Positions 18,093 through 26,112 of a DNA stretch of 64,000 nucleotides are shown here, piece after piece. A program made the translations under genes and the position numbers. Within the stretch, counting starts at the first letter, position 1, and every line of letters starts with the position of its first letter. Below the pieces are notes generated by a model. It saw only the letters and a program-made list of their open reading frames with translations, was not told the DNA's origin and searched no databases. Source of the DNA: Spirochaetota bacterium (GTDB taxonomy: Bacteria; Spirochaetota; UBA4802; UBA5550). Location of the stretch: the NCBI GenBank assembly GCA_036848375.1, contig DAIUKG010000024.1:126-64125 (forward strand). Direction: 5' to 3'.

Positions 18093-21000
18093 CTACCTGC
18101 AGGGGAAACCGGGCAAGAAGAGCCGTATTCCCTGCCAGGAGGCAGGATGTTTCATCCTGTCTTTTCCGTACACGTTCATCAACGCAGAACGGAAGGCAGC
18201 GCTGACCGGAATATTTTTCACCAACCCCGCATAATATGATTCAGTAAAGACCGGGCAGTTTATTCCCTTTTCCGGGGCCAGGTTCGCGACAACCGGGCTT
18301 TTCCTGCAGAAAAACAGTGCCGCACGATAACAGGACTTCCCCGCGTCATTCATGTCGCCGGAAAAATAGACGCTCCGTAATGCGGCAGTGCGCCCGCAGG
18401 CGTCAGAAAGGGCCCGGTCCAGCGCCGGGGTTTGATCCAGAAAATGAAGCAAAGACGTTACCCTGCCGCACTCATCTGTGAGGGACATCCCCGCCTCGCG
18501 CAGGGCCGCTGCTTCAAGAATCCCCTGTACCGAATCTCTTTTGCCTGAAACGGTCACCGCATCAGTCCCGCGCGAACGCCCCCGGTCCGGGCAATAACTC
18601 GTCAGCGATGAAAGAAACACAAGGGGACGCTGTATCCCGAGCATAGGCCCCCGGCCCGCGACCTCGAAAGGAACCGTGAAAAGGTCCCGGTCACTCATGA
18701 GGTAAAGGGTCCCGGAGCCGCTGTCCCTGACAAGATCAGGGAACAGCTCTTCCAGGCCCGAAGATATGTCATCCACACTTCCCAGCTCTTTAACGGTCGC
18801 ATAATAGCGGTCCGCAAGATCCCTGGCCCGGGTGAATCCGCCCTTAATGATGACGGCCTTTTTCGCGTTTTTTGAAACAAGCCAGAAAAAGACATCATCA
18901 TTGTTTCGAGCCATGCACGCGAACGTATCACCGGGCTGAAGACGGGTATCCAGGGACGAGGTGATCTTTTCAATGTCCGGGCCCGAAATTTTTTCATCAC
19001 CGGAGAGCAGAAGGTTTTTTTCCGTAAATGCGGCAAGCGCCCGGGAATAGTGTCCCGTGGCCATGTTAAAGCGAATGTACTCATCATGCAGCCGCGCGGT
19101 AATTTCGGCCATTCCCGGAAACGCGATTACCGAACGGTCCTGGTTGAGCATTTCCCGGGCTTCGAGAAACATCCTCTCAAAGGCAGCACCCTCAGCCGCT
19201 GTGGCGGCCGGAAGCTTCGCCAGGCGCGCGAGTTCCATGCGCATCCTGATGGTGTCGAGCCAGTACCGGTCAGCGGTGTCCGCAGGGGGATCAAGGGCTT
19301 TGACGCGGGTCCCGGCACTGCTGAACAGGCCGCCCGAGGCCTCTATTTCAGCCAGCAGCAGCTCATAGCGCGCGCTGTCCTCAGGCAGTAGCGCAAGAGC
19401 GGCCCCCTCTTTCGCCAGAGAATAAGCCTTTTCATGCATTCCGTAAGCGGCAAGGGCCCTTGAAACAGCGAAGAACATCCTTGCCCTGAGCAGCGGAAGA
19501 GGCAGGGCGCGGATGTTTGCAACGAGTGGTTCTCCCCGGTTATCGCTGCTCACCTTCGTATGAAACGTGCCATCCTTCACTGACTCGTGAATGCCGAAAC
19601 AGAAATCGAGCCAGAAAGCCCCGTCGCGGACCGGGGCCTTTGCCTCCTGTTCAGTGCCGGCAACTTTTATCCCGGTCAGGGACGACCAGGCGGCCTGCTC
19701 CCTCGTGCTCATGGGGAAAGCCTTTATTCCCTGAAGAATGCCCCGCGACGCGGACACGTGGCCGAACGCGGCACAATACCGCGACAGCAGCAGCGCGAGC
19801 CTTCCCTGTTCAACCAGGCAGTTTTTTTTCACGGCATGGTTTTCTTTCATGCCTTCAGGAACCGATCCTGTTTCACCCAGGGCGAGTACCGGGGAATAAT
19901 AATCAGGGTCACCGAAACCCTGTAGATGCGGTGCGTTCAGGGACATGAATTCACGTGCCTGGCCGCAGCTTCCCTGCGCAAGCAGCAGATATATCTTCAG
20001 CGACAGGAGCTTGCGGTAATACCGGTTTCCGGGCTGGAGTGTTTCAAGGCCGGATGAAACCGCTTCCAGGGCCCGGTCGTACCGCGAAAGAATCATATAC
20101 ACGCGGGCAAGCTCAGCCGAAAGCGAAGCCCTTTCAGACCGGGGCAGGGCCCTGATATGCCGCATGAGCGCCGCCAGGGCGTCATCCGCGCGGCCGGACG
20201 CGAGCAGCTGTTCCGCGCGCTCAGTTGCCTGCGCGCGCGCCTTATCGTCCGCGCCTGCCGGCGCACCCGCGGATGCGCAGCCTCCAAGGACCGCGGTAAA
20301 GCCGCCTGCCGGAACCCGGCGCAGGGCCTCCGCCGCACCTGCGGCGGCAATGTCACTGATCAGTGCCCGCGCCGCGTTCAGATCGTTCCCGGAAACAGTA
20401 ACCGCGCAGGGGATACCCGCATACCGTGCCGCGCTGGCAAACAGCAGCAGGTCCCGAAACGATGGTTCTTTTACCCGCGCCACAAGGCACTCGGGCCTGA
20501 AATACCTGACGCGGAACAGCATCTCGGCAACAGCCGCGGCATCCCCGGTCTGTGTTATCGCTGATGATACCGGGAGAAGGGACTCATCGCCGCTGAATTC
20601 CGGGTCGCTGAAAAGCTTTTCGTTCTCCGTATAAACTGTGGCTTCGCCGCCGCAGGGGTAACCGTCCCCGCCGGTGACGTCTTGTATATCTTCCAGGCCG
20701 GCGACGAGCTGCACCGGGGAAGCGGTCACATTCATGGCCGGTCCCTTTTTCAGCAGATCAAACAGGGTGCTGTTCAGCACCAGGAAGCGCTTCGTCGCCT
20801 GCTCAGGGAACGTAACGAACGGGGTTTCGGCCGCGGTTGACAGTTTCCCGGCCTGCAGTTTTCCCTGGAACAGGGTGAGCACAGAGCGGGTGTTTCCGAC
20901 GTCGATGATCCGACTAACAGCGGCGTCACGGTACACGGGAAGATTCGGCAAGCGGGCGGGCACGGCATACGGGCACCGTCTGCCTTTCAGTCTGAGCTGA

Positions 21001-24000
21001 GAATAAAGGGCGTTCAGATGCGCGCGCGCATCACGGTAGTTCCCGGCAAGGCGCTGATACCGGTCAGACTCTTCATCATCCCCCCTGATACGGGCTTCAG
21101 AGAGCACGGAGCCTGATTCGATCAGCGCGTTCTGGGCCCTGACATAACTGATGTAGCCATTCCTGTCTTCTTCCGCAGCGAGCTCCGGGCCTGACACGTA
21201 AAACATGAGCACGCTGACCAGGGCGTTTTTATGATCGCACATCAGGAACGCGGCCGGATAGTTCCCCTCTTCGAGAAGGATGTTCACGTAAGCATCGCAG
21301 AGCTGTTCAACCATTGAAACAGAGCTCCTGAAAAGAAGCGGCGTTTCGGCGACCAGGGCCAGGGCTTTGTCAAAGTGTTCGGCCGCGGCTTCGCGAAAAT
21401 CATCCCCCTCCACGATTCTTCCCGGCCCGGCAAGGAACATGCCTGTCTGAAAACAGGCCTGAAACATCAACTGCGGGTCGGCGATCCTCTCGCTGAGGTC
21501 CCTGGCGTCGATATACGCGGTGTATGCCTCGTCGTGCATGAAAATCTTTTCATGGCAGGTGCCCGCGTTGAGCAGAAGCTTTACCTGCAAACGAAGGTCG
21601 CCTTTTTCTTGAGCGGCTTTTACGGCGTCGTTAAAAAGGGCCAGCGAGGACGAATAAAGCCGGTAGCGCTCCTGCTCGCGCCGCAGGTACTCGCCGGTCG
21701 GCAGCGGGGCCTGCCCTGGCGCGGAGCCGGGCGCGAGCTCGGCCCGGTAAAAATTCAGCACCGCGAGCGCCACGGAAATCGAAAAGTTTTTCTCGCTTCC
21801 TTCCTGCGCGATTTTTTCCTCCAGGGAGTTGATCTCGGCAGCGGCTACTTTTCTCTTTTCAGACTTCGCTTTTTTCTCGAGCAGTTTGCGCTCTTCTTTC
21901 ATGCGCATATCGTAAAAGTTCTGTTTATAGGATTCCAGGGCCAGCGCGAGGCGGTCAATCGCATCCAGGGGATTTTCCGCCAGAGTGATATTGTTGTCTA
22001 TTGCTGAAGCATAGCAGTTCACCAGGTTCATGGTTGAGGTGAAGATCCCTTCCTGGCTGTCGTGTTTCAGCGCGTCGTTTCTGGCCCTGGTAAAGTATTC
22101 CAGCGCCGCGGCATATTTGCCTCTCCGGTAATAGTTATATCCAATATTGTTCAGGCATGCCACCGCACCATCCAGGTCCATGTCCCGGCCCGACCGGCGC
22201 AGGAGCCGTTCCTTCTGTTCAAGGTAGCGGGACGATTTTTTCAGGCTGCCCCGCTTCTCCGCGAGCTCGGACTGAAGCGAGAGGTTCAGGAGTTTCTTGT
22301 CCGTGGTGTCCAGGGGCTGAAAGATCCTGCTTTCGCCGATGACCACTGAATCAAGCGAGAGGTTCCAGAGGGGAAGAGGTCCCAGGCCGAAAAATTTGAT
22401 CAGCAGCGGGTATTTCCTTCTGTCATTCGGATACCGGGAGAGCAGGTCCCATGCGGTCGAAAGATATTTCTCGGAACCCGCATAATCGCCGGTCTGCATG
22501 CGGCAGAAGGCCATCTCCTGGTAATAACGCGCCCGGTCGATCGCCAGCGAGTACCGGTCAGCCAGTTCGATGATCCTGCCGTACCAGTCGAGAGCCTTCG
22601 CGTATTCTCCCTGCACACGCTTGAACAGGGCACTATAACGGTACAGGAGATACAACTGCTCTGCGTTGCGCCTGCCGCTCCCGGCTATATTCGTGGATGA
22701 ATAGGCCTGGAGCACCCGCTCCATTATTCCCGCGGCCTGCTTTTCCTCCCCCTGCTGCCACAGGCTGTAGGCAAGGTGATAGTTAAAAAGCGCTTCTTCG
22801 GTGAGCGAAGAAAACCGCTTTTTCAGCTCCGAGCTCTTGCGGTAATGGAAAAGTGAGCGGCTGTAATTCCTGAGCAGAAAATACGTGTTGGCCAGGTTGA
22901 GGTGGATGTCCCCCTCCTTATCCGGGTCACGGCCTTCACTGTTCATCTCAAGGGCCTTTTCAAGCAGGGGGATGTTCTTTTCAAGCAGGTGTGCGGGAAA
23001 ATGTCTGCTTATGGTGGTGTCGTCATCGGCGGAGCTTTCACGTTTCAGGTCAAGGTACTGATACATCCAGCACTGGAGGATGAACGAATCCACAAAGGAA
23101 TCGTCAATGAAAATCGACCAGTTGCAGTGCAGCAGCGACTCTTTCATAAAAGCGACCAGGCCCGCGGTGCCGACCTTTTCGGAAGGGGTGGAGCCGATGT
23201 TCTTCTTTTCCTGGACAAGGGCTTTCTGGCACAGAATATAGGCGAGCCCGTAAAGGTGCGCTTTGTCGAAATCCATGCGCGCCTTTGCAAGGTTTTCCCG
23301 GTACGCGGTTTCAACATCGTCCAGGCCCTTTTCCCCGGTTTCCCGTACCGCGTCGATATACAGGACATGGGCCCTGGGAGCGTGAAGGTTGTACAGCTCC
23401 TCGAACCTGCCCAGGCGGTGGATATAGCCCATGAGCGAGGTGTAATCCCGGTACAGAGCGGCCGCGTCAGAGTACCTGCCGGCTTCCCTGAATTCACGGC
23501 CCCTTTCCTCGTAATAGCGTATCAACCGGTCAAGCCGCCCGGTTATTTCAGGGTCTTTCCATTCGTTGCGGTACCGGTACAGCGCGTTGTAATAATCAAC
23601 CGCTGCCCGGTCATTCTCGCCGGCCTTCAGGTCAATGTCACCCAGAAGAATATTGGCCAGGTAACCCACAAGGGTCGTGGGACGCGCCTGGCCGAGCGCC
23701 TCAACAAGCAGCGCCCTGGCCCCGGCAGAGTCTCCCTGTTCAAACAGGGCCCTGGCCTGGCAGTAGTGCAGGAGCGGCCTGACCTGCCGGTCATCGCCGT
23801 GTTCCCGGAGTTTTTTCACGAGCATGGCGCGCCTCTTCGCCGGGTCCCTGACCGCTTCGGCAAGGGCGCATGTTTTCAGGATTACTTCATTGACCTGGTA
23901 ATACTTCCCCTTTTCCAGAACTACAAGCGATGACGGTGAAAGCGCGTGTTCGAGGTCTTTTTCAATTATTGACGCGCATTTCCGGTGGATGCCCGCCATA

Positions 24001-25526
24001 CGTTCAAAGGAAACATGGCTGTCGGTGATTTCCCGGTACAGCCTGAGTGCTTCTACCCGACGGCCGGTAGAGTAATAATAATCACCCAGGTCTTCAAGCG
24101 CATAGGGCAGCAGATCATCCCCCGCCTGCCGGGCCTTTTTCACATGCGATTCAAGAATTCTACCGCCCGCACCGGGGTCAGAGCGCGAGCCGAGAAAACG
24201 CAGCATCACGCCCGCGTAGCTGCTTTTACCCGCGCTGAGCAGTTCCAGCTTTGAAACCGCTGATTCATAGCCGCTGACGTCCCCGGTGCGGCCGCAGTAG
24301 AGGCCCGCGGAGACCAGGGCCCGCGCGGTGTACACCCGGGACCGGAGGTCGCTGTTCGCACCGAAGTGGTCATACACGCTCAGAAGGCAGGCCACATAGC
24401 GGTCGGGGTCATCCTCCTCCTGTAAAAACTTGTTGGCCAGTTCCAGCTGCGACTCCGCGCCGGTTTTTACCGGAATAATACCCGTATCGGGCAGAAGCGC
24501 GAGGTTGATGTTGCTCCCGTTCTGGGTCGAGTAGATGACTATTCCGCGGTACTGTTCGGTGCCGTAAACCGGGTACCACCTTCCCGCGAAACACGACTGC
24601 GAGGGAAGGGTAAGAGGATATGACTGATTTTTTTTGAGGTCAATATAATACAGGCGCGCCGCGTCCCTGAGGTCAAGGGCGCCGTTGCCGTCGCTGTCCC
24701 GTTCGATTGCCGTATAAATAATTTCGTTGCCGGACATAAACACCGGGTACATCGTGATCCGCCCCGGGGCCGGGACGAACGTCTCACGGTTCGACGTCAG
24801 GTCGTGGATGCACAGGTCCCCGCTCCGGCTGTTCTTATATGATATGTAGACAATCCTTCCGCCGTCAGGTGAAAAGCAGGGGTACACGCCTCCGTCACGC
24901 GTCACCTGCACCGCGTTTTTGCCGTTGCGGTCAATAAGCCAGATATTTTCAGAGCCGCTTCTGTTGGATGAAAAAGCGATCCGCGACCCGTTCGGGGACC
25001 ACACCGGGTCGTGGTCGCTGACCAGGCGGACAGACCCGGTGTCTTTTTCCCTCAGCGAGCTTATGTTCACTGATTTGAGTTTATAGTCGAGGATGTCCTT
25101 TTTCTCCGCTTCTTCAATTATGGACTCGGGGTCGATGTCCGCAAGGTACACGTCTCCCTCGGGGTCTTCCCTGGTCGAAATAAAGGCAAGGGTCCTGCCG
25201 TCCGGCGACAGCGACGGAGAGATGTCCGCCGAGGGATGAACCGTGATCCTCACCTGGGTGATATCGCTGATCCGGCGGAGGTACAGGTCGAAGTTGCCGT
25301 CCTGGCGGTCTGATGAATAGATGAGGAATTTCCCGTCGGGAGTGATGATCCCGTCCCGCTCAACCGAACTCTCGACCGTGAGCGGGATCTCCTTTCCGGT
25401 ACCGAACCTGAACTCCTCGTTGAGAAGGGCCCTGTAGCTGAACAGGACCTCAACCGGGGATTTCCCGCTGTCACAGGCCGCGGCCAGCACCAGAAAAAGC
25501 GTTACGACAAGGCATGCCCGTTTCAT
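18093..25526 (-). CDS. Giant 2477-aa lipoprotein: PD40/TolB-like propeller + TPR solenoid + degenerate CHAT-like C-terminus
   Basis: Lipobox LAAAC; PD40 repeats (TPDGKFLIYSSDR, SPDGRTLAFIST, SPNGSRIAFSSNR, SPDGGRIVY); TPR-like (HLNLANTYFLLRNY, CLNNIGYNYYRRGKY); CHAT-like LFTVPFEV..HPASWQGIRL. Confidence 0.75.
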   Translation of the reverse strand: MKRACLVVTLFLVLAAACDSGKSPVEVLFSYRALLNEEFRFGTGKEIPLTVESSVERDGIITPDGKFLIYSSDRQDGNFDLYLRRISDITQVRITVHPSADISPSLSPDGRTLAFISTREDPEGDVYLADIDPESIIEEAEKKDILDYKLKSVNISSLREKDTGSVRLVSDHDPVWSPNGSRIAFSSNRSGSENIWLIDRNGKNAVQVTRDGGVYPCFSPDGGRIVYISYKNSRSGDLCIHDLTSNRETFVPAPGRITMYPVFMSGNEIIYTAIERDSDGNGALDLRDAARLYYIDLKKNQSYPLTLPSQSCFAGRWYPVYGTEQYRGIVIYSTQNGSNINLALLPDTGIIPVKTGAESQLELANKFLQEEDDPDRYVACLLSVYDHFGANSDLRSRVYTARALVSAGLYCGRTGDVSGYESAVSKLELLSAGKSSYAGVMLRFLGSRSDPGAGGRILESHVKKARQAGDDLLPYALEDLGDYYYSTGRRVEALRLYREITDSHVSFERMAGIHRKCASIIEKDLEHALSPSSLVVLEKGKYYQVNEVILKTCALAEAVRDPAKRRAMLVKKLREHGDDRQVRPLLHYCQARALFEQGDSAGARALLVEALGQARPTTLVGYLANILLGDIDLKAGENDRAAVDYYNALYRYRNEWKDPEITGRLDRLIRYYEERGREFREAGRYSDAAALYRDYTSLMGYIHRLGRFEELYNLHAPRAHVLYIDAVRETGEKGLDDVETAYRENLAKARMDFDKAHLYGLAYILCQKALVQEKKNIGSTPSEKVGTAGLVAFMKESLLHCNWSIFIDDSFVDSFILQCWMYQYLDLKRESSADDDTTISRHFPAHLLEKNIPLLEKALEMNSEGRDPDKEGDIHLNLANTYFLLRNYSRSLFHYRKSSELKKRFSSLTEEALFNYHLAYSLWQQGEEKQAAGIMERVLQAYSSTNIAGSGRRNAEQLYLLYRYSALFKRVQGEYAKALDWYGRIIELADRYSLAIDRARYYQEMAFCRMQTGDYAGSEKYLSTAWDLLSRYPNDRRKYPLLIKFFGLGPLPLWNLSLDSVVIGESRIFQPLDTTDKKLLNLSLQSELAEKRGSLKKSSRYLEQKERLLRRSGRDMDLDGAVACLNNIGYNYYRRGKYAAALEYFTRARNDALKHDSQEGIFTSTMNLVNCYASAIDNNITLAENPLDAIDRLALALESYKQNFYDMRMKEERKLLEKKAKSEKRKVAAAEINSLEEKIAQEGSEKNFSISVALAVLNFYRAELAPGSAPGQAPLPTGEYLRREQERYRLYSSSLALFNDAVKAAQEKGDLRLQVKLLLNAGTCHEKIFMHDEAYTAYIDARDLSERIADPQLMFQACFQTGMFLAGPGRIVEGDDFREAAAEHFDKALALVAETPLLFRSSVSMVEQLCDAYVNILLEEGNYPAAFLMCDHKNALVSVLMFYVSGPELAAEEDRNGYISYVRAQNALIESGSVLSEARIRGDDEESDRYQRLAGNYRDARAHLNALYSQLRLKGRRCPYAVPARLPNLPVYRDAAVSRIIDVGNTRSVLTLFQGKLQAGKLSTAAETPFVTFPEQATKRFLVLNSTLFDLLKKGPAMNVTASPVQLVAGLEDIQDVTGGDGYPCGGEATVYTENEKLFSDPEFSGDESLLPVSSAITQTGDAAAVAEMLFRVRYFRPECLVARVKEPSFRDLLLFASAARYAGIPCAVTVSGNDLNAARALISDIAAAGAAEALRRVPAGGFTAVLGGCASAGAPAGADDKARAQATERAEQLLASGRADDALAALMRHIRALPRSERASLSAELARVYMILSRYDRALEAVSSGLETLQPGNRYYRKLLSLKIYLLLAQGSCGQAREFMSLNAPHLQGFGDPDYYSPVLALGETGSVPEGMKENHAVKKNCLVEQGRLALLLSRYCAAFGHVSASRGILQGIKAFPMSTREQAAWSSLTGIKVAGTEQEAKAPVRDGAFWLDFCFGIHESVKDGTFHTKVSSDNRGEPLVANIRALPLPLLRARMFFAVSRALAAYGMHEKAYSLAKEGAALALLPEDSARYELLLAEIEASGGLFSSAGTRVKALDPPADTADRYWLDTIRMRMELARLAKLPAATAAEGAAFERMFLEAREMLNQDRSVIAFPGMAEITARLHDEYIRFNMATGHYSRALAAFTEKNLLLSGDEKISGPDIEKITSSLDTRLQPGDTFACMARNNDDVFFWLVSKNAKKAVIIKGGFTRARDLADRYYATVKELGSVDDISSGLEELFPDLVRDSGSGTLYLMSDRDLFTVPFEVAGRGPMLGIQRPLVFLSSLTSYCPDRGRSRGTDAVTVSGKRDSVQGILEAAALREAGMSLTDECGRVTSLLHFLDQTPALDRALSDACGRTAALRSVYFSGDMNDAGKSCYRAALFFCRKSPVVANLAPEKGINCPVFTESYYAGLVKNIPVSAAFRSALMNVYGKDRMKHPASWQGIRLFLPGFPCR

Positions 25527-26110
25527 TTCTTCCTGCTCCAGGTCCCGTTCCTGTTCTGAAGCCAGTCACCCCTGGCGGCGGTCCGCGCCTGTTCCACGGC
25601 GAATGAGCGCCCGGCCCGCAGGATGTCTTCTTCGGCCGGCTCGATTCCCGTCTGCGCGGCGCTGCGGCTAAAAATGATCCTCCGCGCCCTGTTCTCCTCT
25701 TCGATCACGGCAAGCAGCTTTTTCTTTTCTTCCGGATTTCTTTCATACCGGCCAACTCCCCGGTATGAGATCAGGCCGGTGCTGGCCTCTCCCAGGGCCC
25801 CTTCGTCCTTGTACTTCCTTATCTTTTCGTCATGATATTCCCGGAGCCGCAACGCGGCCATGAGCCCGCCGTCGCCCGTCTCCCCGGCAGTGCGTGCTCT
25901 GACCCCGTACACCGGGGTCTTCACCGTGGAGATGACCCAGGCGTTCTTTTCAAGCTCGCGGTACTCTCCCACGATCTGCCGTTCTATGGCTGTTTTCTCC
26001 CCGGTGATGGCAATGTCCGGAGGGACCACGGTCAGACAGCTCGCGCACCCGGTACAGGCGCAGAGCATGACGCACGAGGTCCATTTCGCAAGATGTCGTC
26101 CCAGAGGCAT
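25523..26110 (-). CDS. YdbL/DUF1318-like lipoprotein with YnbE-like N-terminus
   Basis: Cys-containing signal; PPDIAITGEKTAIERQIVG; GALGEASTGL..VIEEENRAR..ARGDWLQNRNGTW resembles DUF1318; 4-bp overlap with the giant gene. Confidence 0.7.
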   Translation of the reverse strand: MPLGRHLAKWTSCVMLCACTGCASCLTVVPPDIAITGEKTAIERQIVGEYRELEKNAWVISTVKTPVYGVRARTAGETGDGGLMAALRLREYHDEKIRKYKDEGALGEASTGLISYRGVGRYERNPEEKKKLLAVIEEENRARRIIFSRSAAQTGIEPAEEDILRAGRSFAVEQARTAARGDWLQNRNGTWSRKK

Positions 26111-26112
26111 GG

